Source: an uncultured Gammaproteobacteria bacterium (GTDB taxonomy: Bacteria > Patescibacteriota > Patescibacteriia > Patescibacteriales > WJLG01). Taken from it: a stretch of 64,000 bases of DNA. A program made the translations under genes and the position numbers. The notes under the pieces are model-generated. The model was not told where the DNA came from. It saw nothing but the letters and a program-made list of their open reading frames with translations, and did no database searches. Shown in pieces: positions 47,220 through 56,245 of the stretch (positions are counted from its first letter, which is position 1; every line of letters begins with the position of its first letter). The DNA is taken from positions 251 to 64,250 of the forward strand of contig CAZALZ010000003.1 in the NCBI GenBank assembly GCA_964486475.1, written 5' to 3'.

Positions 47220-48341
47220 ATGAAAAAAATAAAAATTTTTATTGATTATCCGGTTTCCGCCGACAAAAAATTTAAAGGATTGTCTTTTCCTCAAGTTTTG
47301 CATGATTATTTGATTACCCGAGATGATGTTGAAGTTGTCGGTGAGAATGATAAATTTGATATACTTTTAGTTATCAATGGCGGGTCTCATTACGCGCATA
47401 AAAATTATTCAGTTATAGACATTATTAAAATAAAATTAGGGATGAAAGTGAACGGGCTTATTCACGAGAAACAGAGTGCTGCTTTTAATCGGTTTTTATC
47501 AAGGAATATTTTTTATGAGAAGAGATTATCTAAATTGATAAAAAACAATCCAAACGCAAAAGTGATTCAGCGCTTGGACGACAGATATAAAATACTTTGC
47601 AAAGTTTATGGTTTTGAAAAAACTCTAATAAAAATTTGTGAAATGGCGGATGCGGTTATTTTTCAAACTAAATACGGAGAATCTCTCTTCACCAAGGGAG
47701 TAAAGACAATATTCGGATTTTTGGGGCCTTGTAAATTCAAAAAAGGAAAAATTATACATAATGGCGTAGACAGGGATGTTTTTCAAGAGAACGGAAATTC
47801 TTTCAAATTTTCCGGGAAATTTAATATATTGCATGTTGCTACGACCGGAATGACCAGAAAGGGTTTGGGTACTGTTTTGGAGTTTGCCAACATATTAAAG
47901 GATAATAAAGATATACAATTTTATCTCATAGGAAATCAAAACAGGGATCCTATATATGGGAGAATGATAAATAAATTTTCCAATGTTCACAAAATCGCTT
48001 TTACCGACGACAGGTACAAATTGGCCGAGTATTACAGAGGCGGCGACATGCTGTTGTTTCCGACAATAAACGATTGTTCACCCAATGTAGTTTTGGAGGC
48101 TATGAGCTGCGGGATTCCTGTTTTGGCCGCTGATAGCGGGGGTACTCCGGAATTGATAATAAAAGATGATGTTCAGGGGGGATTATTAATAAATGAAAAT
48201 AATCCAATATATAATTTTAAAGAGATTTTAAATAATTTAGAAAGCTTCAAGAAAAATGCCGTTGAGTTGGTAAAAAAATATCATACTAAAGAAAAAATGG
48301 GCGAAGAATATTTAAATTTTTTTAAATCATTGCTCGATTAA
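47220..48341 (+). CDS. glycosyltransferase family 4
   Basis: 373 aa. FPTINDCSPNVVLEAMSCGIPVLAADSGG. Confidence 0.8.
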   Translation: MKKIKIFIDYPVSADKKFKGLSFPQVLHDYLITRDDVEVVGENDKFDILLVINGGSHYAHKNYSVIDIIKIKLGMKVNGLIHEKQSAAFNRFLSRNIFYEKRLSKLIKNNPNAKVIQRLDDRYKILCKVYGFEKTLIKICEMADAVIFQTKYGESLFTKGVKTIFGFLGPCKFKKGKIIHNGVDRDVFQENGNSFKFSGKFNILHVATTGMTRKGLGTVLEFANILKDNKDIQFYLIGNQNRDPIYGRMINKFSNVHKIAFTDDRYKLAEYYRGGDMLLFPTINDCSPNVVLEAMSCGIPVLAADSGGTPELIIKDDVQGGLLINENNPIYNFKEILNNLESFKKNAVELVKKYHTKEKMGEEYLNFFKSLLD

Positions 48342-48360
48342 AATAAATTTTTTTTGAATC

Positions 48361-48392
48361 AAAAACATCTGCCTTGTTTGCAGATGTTTTTT
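48361..48392. terminator. bidirectional terminator between convergent GT4 and wzt genes
   Basis: 12-bp stem AAAAACATCTGC/GCAGATGTTTTT with a 7-nt loop, flanked by an A-run and a T-run. Confidence 0.8.
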
Positions 48393-49605
48393 ATATCCAA
48401 GTTAATTTCGGCCTCATTATGCCGGGAATTTTTCCCATCCAGCCTTTTCTGTTTTTTTCTTTCATCTCAAAAAATAAAATATCTTCAATCTTATAAATTA
48501 TTTTGCTTTCATTCTGGACTATTTGAAATGTCAATTTGTATTTTTGGTTGTTGAGCAAATTTTCAGGGAAACAACAAGTGCCTTTTATAAGTCCTTCCGA
48601 AAAAAATTTAGGCTCAGAAGACGAGGCGAAAACTGTAAAATTTTCTTCTGTATTTAATATTATATTAAAATTCAATTTCGCATCTTCTTGCAAGTTCCAC
48701 ATTTCAAATTTTATTTCAAAATTTTCGTCTATATAAAGTTCTCCGCTTTTTGAGCCGTAATCTCCAGGAATAATTTTGGCACTTTTTATTTTTATCAATT
48801 TATTTCCGGGGGCTTTTTCTTGGTTGTTCCAGTTCAGTTCCAAGACATCCTTTTTTTCGTTTAAATATTCTTCTATTACTTCATTGACTTCCCCGGTTTT
48901 AACAATTTCGCCGTTTTTTAAAAAGACGGCTTTGGAGCAAAGAGATCTGACAGCCATCATGTTATGGCTTACAAAGAGTATCGTGCGGCCGGATTTTTTT
49001 ACAACTTCATCCATTTTTCCTAAACATTTTTTTTGAAAGTCGGCATCGCCAACTGCCAAAACTTCATCCACTATCAATATGTCTGGGTCAAGATGCGCCG
49101 CTATTGAAAAAGCCAATCTAACATTCATACCGGAGGAATAATATTTTATTGGTGTGTCAATGAATTTTTCTACCCCAGCAAATTCTATTATTTTATCCAT
49201 TTTATTTTCTATCTCTTTTTTGCCCATTCCCAAAATGGCTCCGTTTAAAAATATATTTTCTCTGCCTGATAATTCCGGGTTAAACCCAGTTCCGACTTCC
49301 AAAAGAGAGGAAACGCGACCGTTTATTTCTATTTTTCCTTCTGTCGGCGGGGTTATGCGGGAAAGGATTTTTAAAATTGTTGATTTTCCGGCACCGTTAG
49401 CTCCAATAATTCCAATCGCTTCGCCCCTATCCACTGAAAAATTTATTTTTTTAAGAGCCCAAAATTCATCTTTTTTTTCTAATATTGAAAAAGGATTTTT
49501 AATTATTTTTATTAAATTATCCCGCAGAGTTAAATATCGGCCTTGTTTAAGGTTTATTTTGTATTTTTTGGAAATATTTTCTATTTTTATTATCGGTTCT
49601 TCCAT
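48391..49605 (-). CDS. wzt: polysaccharide ABC exporter ATP-binding protein (Wzt/TagH type) with C-terminal extra domain
   Basis: 404 aa. GANGAGKST, YSSGMNVRLAFS, ILIVDEVLAVGD, plus ~150 aa of beta-rich C-terminal extension. Confidence 0.88.
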   Translation of the reverse strand: MEEPIIKIENISKKYKINLKQGRYLTLRDNLIKIIKNPFSILEKKDEFWALKKINFSVDRGEAIGIIGANGAGKSTILKILSRITPPTEGKIEINGRVSSLLEVGTGFNPELSGRENIFLNGAILGMGKKEIENKMDKIIEFAGVEKFIDTPIKYYSSGMNVRLAFSIAAHLDPDILIVDEVLAVGDADFQKKCLGKMDEVVKKSGRTILFVSHNMMAVRSLCSKAVFLKNGEIVKTGEVNEVIEEYLNEKKDVLELNWNNQEKAPGNKLIKIKSAKIIPGDYGSKSGELYIDENFEIKFEMWNLQEDAKLNFNIILNTEENFTVFASSSEPKFFSEGLIKGTCCFPENLLNNQKYKLTFQIVQNESKIIYKIEDILFFEMKEKNRKGWMGKIPGIMRPKLTWI

Positions 49606-49608
49606 ATA

Positions 49609-50430
49609 TTATATTATATCGGCAAAATATTTTTCGGTTTTTTTAAAATAAATTAATCCGATGAGGAATAATAAAAAGGCGGCGATGAAAGAAGTCAAAA
49701 TTAAAAGCCAATTAACCGGTGTTGTCCCGAGAAGAGCGGCGCGTGCCGTGCTGATAACTCCGGTCATCGGATTGAAAGCTAATAGTTTGGAGTAATGCCC
49801 GGCAACACTGGACGGATAAATGACCGGAGTAACGAACATTAAAATTTGGATAAAAAACGGCAATATATATTTAACATCCCTATATTTAACATTAACTGAA
49901 GAAAATATAAATCCCAGACCCAAAGTAGCAAGAAAACTAATAATTATCAGGATTGGAAATACTAATATTCCTATTAAGCTTGGCGTGTAATGATAATAAA
50001 TCATTAATCCCGCCAAAACAATGGAAGCGATGAAAAAATCAACAAATTTTGTTAGTGTTATCGAAATAGGGATTATCAGGCGCGGAAAATAAACTTTTGT
50101 TATAATATTTTTATTGTTTATCAAGGAATTGCTGATTTCGCTTAAAGAAGTTGAAAAAAATTGCCAAAACAAAAGTCCGGTGTATACAAAGATTGGGTAA
50201 GGAACATTATCAGAGGGGATGCCTAAAAGTTTTCCAAAAAAAACATTAAAAACTATCATTGTGATAATAGGTTGGAAAATTACCCAAGCGATTCCGATGG
50301 CTGTTTGTTTATATCTGACTTTCAAATCACGCCAAGAAAGGAAATATAAAAGTTCACGATATTCCCAAATTTCTTTTAAATCTTCTTTGAAATTGAAAGT
50401 TTTTCTCGGTTTTATAATTAAGGATTTCAT
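49609..50430 (-). CDS. wzm: ABC-2 type polysaccharide exporter permease (Wzm/TagG type)
   Basis: 273 aa with six hydrophobic helices. LSWRDLKVRYKQTAIGIAW. Upstream of wzt. Confidence 0.88.
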   Translation of the reverse strand: MKSLIIKPRKTFNFKEDLKEIWEYRELLYFLSWRDLKVRYKQTAIGIAWVIFQPIITMIVFNVFFGKLLGIPSDNVPYPIFVYTGLLFWQFFSTSLSEISNSLINNKNIITKVYFPRLIIPISITLTKFVDFFIASIVLAGLMIYYHYTPSLIGILVFPILIIISFLATLGLGFIFSSVNVKYRDVKYILPFFIQILMFVTPVIYPSSVAGHYSKLLAFNPMTGVISTARAALLGTTPVNWLLILTSFIAAFLLFLIGLIYFKKTEKYFADII

Positions 50431-50431
50431 A

Positions 50432-50677
50432 TTACCATTTTTTTATTCCTTTTTTGACTTTATTTTTTAAATCAAGATAAGATTTTATTGCTTCTTTTTC
50501 CGTTTCAGGGGAAACCAAACGCAAAATCTCCCTCCCTAATATGCGATATTGGCGACCGATTTTATTAGCTTTTATAAGTCCTTTTTTTAATAAGCGTTTC
50601 ATTGTGCTTGGACTTATTTTCAATAAAGCGCCAGTTTCTTCTGTTGTATATATTGTATTTTCTTTTATTTCTTCCAT
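50432..50677 (-). CDS. excisionase-family HTH DNA-binding protein
   Basis: 81 aa. YTTEETGALLKISPSTMKRLLKKGLIKANKIGRQYRILGREI. Its stop is 1 nt from the wzm start. Confidence 0.8.
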   Translation of the reverse strand: MEEIKENTIYTTEETGALLKISPSTMKRLLKKGLIKANKIGRQYRILGREILRLVSPETEKEAIKSYLDLKNKVKKGIKKW

Positions 50678-50745
50678 AAGAGCATTATATATTTAAGTGT
50701 TATTAAGTGTCAATAGGTTCTATAATATTTTTATTTAATATTGGC

Positions 50746-51764
50746 AATGTTGACAAAAAGTTGTTACAATTTTGCCAAGCCATATGTCAAGAAGAAACAC
50801 CCAAGAAGCTCCAATTGCCATGAAAATTGAAATTATTAACTCCTGCGTAGCAGGAAAAATTAAATGTCTTGAAGGAGCGAAGCTACTGAAAATGCACCCT
50901 AAATCTTTTCTGCGCTTGAAAAAACGCTATCTGCAGGACGGCGAAGCCGTCCTGTGCCCTAAGCCTCCCGGCCCAAAGGCCGGGAAAACGGCCAAGAACA
51001 GAACACCTGAGTATCTAGAAAACATCATTTGCAGATTAGCTAAAGATGAATACTCCTCCGGACCGGTAGAATTATCAGAAAAACTATACAATATCTATCA
51101 TATTAAATTAAACCAATCTACCATATTTAGAATACTGGAACGCAACCGCATTCGCTATTGCCGAGAATATACCCCGATAATCAAGAGAAAACCGCAATTA
51201 TATTGTTTAGAAACGCTAGGAATGGAATTACAAATAGATGCTTGCCATCCGTTCGGCCGAGGCCGAAAATTGGTTTGTTTTGACGCTATTGATGATTGCT
51301 CTCGTTACGTTGTTGCTAAATTATACGATCGGGAAACAGCTGAAAATGCCATAGATTTCATTAAATATCTCATTAAATGCGCCCCATTCCCAATTAAACG
51401 GATTAGAATAGATAATCGCAGTAAAAACGCTATTAAAAAATTCTGTGAATCAATCGGGATAGAGGTGGTGGTCAATAGTGCCTATGAGCCGAAACAGAAC
51501 GGGAAAATAGAGAGATTCCATCGCACCATTAAACATTCTTTTTTCTGGAAATACTGCGGTTTCTACGACGATGTCGAATTAATGGGATACAGATTATCTG
51601 GCTGGATTAATTATTATAATTTCCATCGCCGCCACGGCGGCTATGGAATGAACCGGCTGACGCCGGTTCAAAAAATGACCGCCTCATTATTTAATTCTTT
51701 AAATATTATTCTTGTGGAAAAGGTAACCTTGACTCTGCAATCGTACAAATGTTGACAAAAAGTT
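50746..51764 (+). mobile_element. IS481-family insertion sequence (boundaries tentative)
   Basis: A single DDE transposase ORF is bracketed by a 17-nt direct repeat AATGTTGACAAAAAGTT (50746-50762 and 51748-51764). No clear terminal inverted repeats were found by eye. Confidence 0.55.
50784..51755 (+). CDS. IS481-family DDE transposase (rve integrase core)
   Basis: 323 aa from the ATG at 50784. N-terminal HTH, FDAIDDCSRYVV, IRIDNRS, NGKIERFHRTIK. Confidence 0.85.
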   Translation: MSRRNTQEAPIAMKIEIINSCVAGKIKCLEGAKLLKMHPKSFLRLKKRYLQDGEAVLCPKPPGPKAGKTAKNRTPEYLENIICRLAKDEYSSGPVELSEKLYNIYHIKLNQSTIFRILERNRIRYCREYTPIIKRKPQLYCLETLGMELQIDACHPFGRGRKLVCFDAIDDCSRYVVAKLYDRETAENAIDFIKYLIKCAPFPIKRIRIDNRSKNAIKKFCESIGIEVVVNSAYEPKQNGKIERFHRTIKHSFFWKYCGFYDDVELMGYRLSGWINYYNFHRRHGGYGMNRLTPVQKMTASLFNSLNIILVEKVTLTLQSYKC

Positions 51765-51840
51765 AATATTAATTTAATCTTGTAATTGGCAGGGGCATAA
51801 ATTATATCTATAACTATTCGCGCCCAGCGCGATTTTTTTT

Positions 51841-52578
51841 ATGAAAGATATAAAATTTTATATTTTGATAATTTGTTTGGCGATTTCGTTGGCTGGTTGT
51901 GGATTGAAATTAAAGAATAATGAAAATAGAGAAGTTGTTGTGCCTGAATCGACCAAGGCCTTGATTATTGATGACAATAATAATGATTCACAAACTTTTG
52001 TTGATTATCTTGAATGGAAAGAATATATTGACGAAGAACATAGTTTTAAAGTTGATATACCAATAAAAGATGTTAACGTGCACATACAAGCTTATACTCT
52101 TGACGAAGTTAAAGATGTTTACAATAAAAAAATGGAAGATTATTTAGCTGAAGGCGGAATGGCACCGTATCCTTTGTTTCCAGAAATAAATTACGGAAGC
52201 GATGTTGATATGTGGATTTTTGGGAAGAGTATATATGATAACAAAGATAACTACAAAAATGATAATGTGGGTTCAAGGTGCAAAAAAGATGAAACGAAAT
52301 TTGACTCCTGCTTTATTTTAAATTTTGAAGGAATATCCGTTTCTTATGAAAAAATTATATACAATGAAGATTCAAGGATTTCTATTTCAATAGATTTTCC
52401 CACTGATAGATTTTTTGACATTTTGCGTAAATATAATACCAATAAAAATAGCCAAAAGCGATTTAAAAAAGTGTCGGAATTATTAGATTCCTACATAAAT
52501 AAAGATTTTACTAAAGAAGAAAAAGAATATTTTGATGTTATGGATAAAATAGTTAAAAATTTTGGATTTACTAAGTAA
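51841..52578 (+). CDS. hypothetical lipoprotein
   Basis: 245 aa. Signal peptide with lipobox LAGC; Asp/Asn/Lys-rich. Confidence 0.6.
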   Translation: MKDIKFYILIICLAISLAGCGLKLKNNENREVVVPESTKALIIDDNNNDSQTFVDYLEWKEYIDEEHSFKVDIPIKDVNVHIQAYTLDEVKDVYNKKMEDYLAEGGMAPYPLFPEINYGSDVDMWIFGKSIYDNKDNYKNDNVGSRCKKDETKFDSCFILNFEGISVSYEKIIYNEDSRISISIDFPTDRFFDILRKYNTNKNSQKRFKKVSELLDSYINKDFTKEEKEYFDVMDKIVKNFGFTK

Positions 52579-52731
52579 GTTATAAATTTTACTTAATCGC
52601 ATTATGTGCGATTAGGCAAGTTTTATAAAAAAACTTGTAAATTGTAAAAATTTAGAAAGGAGGTCTAAATGGCTCTTTAAAATCTAAAAAATTGGTTGTT
52701 TAACTCTAAACTTAATTCAAAGGAGGCTGTT

Positions 52732-55700
52732 GTGAAGTTTAAGTCGTTATTTTTTCTTGCCCTGTGTTTTAGTTTTACTAAAGCAGAAGTGGCAAAGTAT
52801 TTCATTTATCCTGTTGTAGGAGATAATGAAAACGTTGCAGGCATAGCAGGAAATATTTATAATCCGTGCCAATCACATGGCTGGAGAATTGATGGAAATG
52901 ATTTTGGTAATAATCTTGGGTATAATCCTTTGTATAACCCGAATCGTGACCCAGAATTACCACCATGTGGGGTAAATTATACTTTTCATCCAGGTGAAGA
53001 CTGGAATAGAATTGACGGCCTTGATGCTAATAAACCAGTATATTCAATAGGCAGTGGTGTGGTAGTTAGACGAAGCAATCTAAATGCTGCTAGATCATAT
53101 GGGTATATTATTATTCTTTATGAGTTGCAACAGTCAATAGATTTGTCGGATTATTTTTTGTCTAATACTGTTCCACCAGATGATTACAAAAATTCTAAAT
53201 GGGTTGGGTTTGACTATTACCATGTTATAGTCAATTCTTCCTTGAGTGTTGGAGATAGGGTTGTTAGAGGGCAAAAGTTGGGGGTAATTGATCCTGTTAA
53301 TCCTGCTGGTCCGCATTTGCATTTTGAGGCAATGGTATTTACCGAACAACAAGTTCAGCAAATATTTGACGGTATTGAAAGTGGTAATATTTCTACTGTT
53401 GCTACATCAGCAAGAAATCGTTGCGGGTATTATCTATGCCGGCAAGATATAACAGATCATGGTTATATCAATCCAACTCAGTTTATTGCTAATCATGTTC
53501 AGCCCACCTCATTCTCTGGATTAACTTATGCTGATTCTTGGGTTTGTGATAATTGGACAGCTGGGTCTAATCCTTATGATAAGGATCCGGTTAATATTAG
53601 AAATGTATTTGAAGAAGGTGAATATGTTTGTTGCTTAACCGAATTTACTAATGTTTTAATTGACCATCGTTTTAAGGTTGAAGCATATTGTAATGGTCAA
53701 AAGAAATGGCAGTTTATTGATGGATGGAGGGATGTAAACAATTTATGGGATTATTCTCATTTCTATCCATTTTGGTATGGAGTACCAATTGGCAATAATG
53801 AATTTCGTGTCTTTATTGATGTTAATCAAAGTAATAGCGATGATATTGACGATTGGTGCAATGTTGCAACAAAAAAATTTACCGTAGAAGAGGAGGGCAT
53901 TTATGGTGCAGCAATTGGAGGAGGCATATATGAACCTGGCAATTTGACTGTGAGTTCTGTTTCACAAAATAGCGTAATATTAAATTGGGACTTAGGATTG
54001 AATACGGTTCCTAATTTGACTTATTATATTTATCGTTCAACGAGTAATAATGTTAATTCGGCAACTGAAATCGCCTCAACTCCTGTTAATAATTACGTAG
54101 ACCAGGATTTAAGTTCTGGGACAACTTATTATTATTGGGTTAAGGCGGGAATCGGCAGTGAGTTATCTGATTACTCTGAAATGGTAAGCGCAACGACGCA
54201 ATATGCGCCACCAGATGGATCAATTCCGACCGCGCCGGAAGACGTGATTTTTGTTTTCTCGGAAAATGGTCTAGTAAAGATTCTTTGGAGCGCAGGCGCT
54301 AATAATCCGAATAACATTTCTGATTATAAGTTATTCAGAGGAATAACAACCAATCCAAGCGAAGCATTTTACGAAGCGCTGACTCCATATACCGAGCAAA
54401 TAGTGTATTCTACGCTAAACCCCAGTACAACTTATTATTTCTGGGTTAAGGCGCTGAATCACTGTAATGAAGAATCCGGATTTTCGGCGATGGTGACGGT
54501 CGATATGAATAATTATGTTTATCCGCCGGAGAATTTAGTCGCTGTAAATTCCGGCGGAACGATCAATTTATATTGGTCTTGCCAATCGCCTGAAAGCGTT
54601 CATTTCAACATTTATCGCAGCACCTCAAGCGGTTTTTCCGGCCAGTCTTTGATTGGCTGGGGAGGTACGAGCAGGGTGTATCACGATGCCAATGTTGATG
54701 CCGGGGGAAAGTATTATTACAGAATCAGTTCAGAGCTTAATGGAGCAAAATCGGATTATTCCAATATCGCTTCGGCTACGGCTGATCCTTTTCCGGCGCC
54801 GGACAATTTTTGCGTCACGAAGCTTGCGCCAACCAGAGTTTCTTTGGCTTGGAACAAGCCGTCAGCTGATACTATTTTTGAGTATTGGTTGTTTAGACGT
54901 TTGAATAATAGTCAGCAGTGGGGAGAGATTACGCGTGACACTTTCTTCGTTGACAGCACGGTTGTCCCGGGAACCACTTATTCTTACAGGGTAAGGGCCA
55001 GATCGCATACTGTTTCCGAAGTGTCTCCTGATTTGGTTGTTGATGTTCCCTTAAAAAAGAAAGTTTATTCTGATTTTGTTTTTTTGTCTGACGCTGATTC
55101 CAACGGATATTGCGAAGCAGCTTATCTTTACAAGAAAGGGGATGACAGTGTATTGGTTTCCATTCTTGATTTAGGTAATAACAGAATCTTAAAAACTTTG
55201 TTTATGGGGAATTATTCACCAGGATATTTGTCAGCAGTAGAAGTTGCCAGGCAGCCAAAACTGTATGTTTCTCTGGATAGTATGACGGCGGATACAACTT
55301 TAATAAGAGTGGTTGATGTCGGCTTGAATAGAGAAACGGTTGTTTTTAATGCTCCGGTTAATTTGCAATCGGCAACAGTATCTTACACGCAGATAGCGAT
55401 TAATTGGAGTAAAGGAGATAATCCTGATAGTTTGGGCGTGGTTTATCGCGTTTATGCTAACCAGAGTAATGATTCTTCTTTTGCTCAGCTTATCGGTTCA
55501 ACTTTTGGCACAAGCTATGTTCATGCGGGCTTGAGTCCGGGGAGTAGTTGGTATTATTGGGTGAAATCTTCGGTTGGTTCGGAAGTTTCTTCGCTTGTCG
55601 GCCCGTTATCTGTTCAGACCAATCAGTTGCCTTTTCCAGATAACTTTGAATCAAAGGAGGTTACTTATTACAAAGTTGTTTTAGGTTGGAATAGAGTTCC

Positions 55701-56190
55701 AGGGGTCAGCGGGTATAGAATTTACCGAGACGGGTCTTATTTGGGTTTTACTGCGTCTGATTCGTTTTACGATGCTTCTGTAGTGTCTTTAACTCAGTAT
55801 TCTTATCAAGTGGCTTCGGTTTGCGGTAATTTTATGTCTTGGCCGTCTGATACTGTATCGGTTTTGACACCATATCATTATTTATTTTCCGTTGTAAATA
55901 TGGGAAATTTTAAGGATGCGGAATTCTTACCTGACATGGATTTTGATAATTTACCGGAAATTGCGGCTTTAGGGGTTGGTTCTACAAATCAACCAATGGT
56001 TATTATTAAGAATATTGAAAGCAATGAAGTCTTGGCTCAGATTCCTTTTTTCAGCGATAGCGCGGTTCCGCTGAATTTTTCAGCTATGTATTCCGGTGAC
56101 GAATACCCGGCCTTTACGGTCATGGCTGCGGAAGCGGATACGGTGAAATTTGAAACAAGGAATATATACGGGCAGAAGTTATCACAGTAA
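52732..56190 (+). CDS. large secreted M23 peptidase with ~6 fibronectin type III domains and FG-GAP-like modules
   Basis: GTG start at 52732, 5 nt after SD AAGGAGG. Signal peptide. M23 motifs FHPGEDW (HxxxD) and GPHLHFE (HxH). Repeated FN3 signatures (YxYRS..., YYYWVKA). Confidence 0.8.
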   Translation: MKFKSLFFLALCFSFTKAEVAKYFIYPVVGDNENVAGIAGNIYNPCQSHGWRIDGNDFGNNLGYNPLYNPNRDPELPPCGVNYTFHPGEDWNRIDGLDANKPVYSIGSGVVVRRSNLNAARSYGYIIILYELQQSIDLSDYFLSNTVPPDDYKNSKWVGFDYYHVIVNSSLSVGDRVVRGQKLGVIDPVNPAGPHLHFEAMVFTEQQVQQIFDGIESGNISTVATSARNRCGYYLCRQDITDHGYINPTQFIANHVQPTSFSGLTYADSWVCDNWTAGSNPYDKDPVNIRNVFEEGEYVCCLTEFTNVLIDHRFKVEAYCNGQKKWQFIDGWRDVNNLWDYSHFYPFWYGVPIGNNEFRVFIDVNQSNSDDIDDWCNVATKKFTVEEEGIYGAAIGGGIYEPGNLTVSSVSQNSVILNWDLGLNTVPNLTYYIYRSTSNNVNSATEIASTPVNNYVDQDLSSGTTYYYWVKAGIGSELSDYSEMVSATTQYAPPDGSIPTAPEDVIFVFSENGLVKILWSAGANNPNNISDYKLFRGITTNPSEAFYEALTPYTEQIVYSTLNPSTTYYFWVKALNHCNEESGFSAMVTVDMNNYVYPPENLVAVNSGGTINLYWSCQSPESVHFNIYRSTSSGFSGQSLIGWGGTSRVYHDANVDAGGKYYYRISSELNGAKSDYSNIASATADPFPAPDNFCVTKLAPTRVSLAWNKPSADTIFEYWLFRRLNNSQQWGEITRDTFFVDSTVVPGTTYSYRVRARSHTVSEVSPDLVVDVPLKKKVYSDFVFLSDADSNGYCEAAYLYKKGDDSVLVSILDLGNNRILKTLFMGNYSPGYLSAVEVARQPKLYVSLDSMTADTTLIRVVDVGLNRETVVFNAPVNLQSATVSYTQIAINWSKGDNPDSLGVVYRVYANQSNDSSFAQLIGSTFGTSYVHAGLSPGSSWYYWVKSSVGSEVSSLVGPLSVQTNQLPFPDNFESKEVTYYKVVLGWNRVPGVSGYRIYRDGSYLGFTASDSFYDASVVSLTQYSYQVASVCGNFMSWPSDTVSVLTPYHYLFSVVNMGNFKDAEFLPDMDFDNLPEIAALGVGSTNQPMVIIKNIESNEVLAQIPFFSDSAVPLNFSAMYSGDEYPAFTVMAAEADTVKFETRNIYGQKLSQ

Positions 56191-56245
56191 AAATTGTTAT
56201 TGAGTAAAAAAACTAAAGTTAAACTTTTCAGAAAAGGATTTTTTC

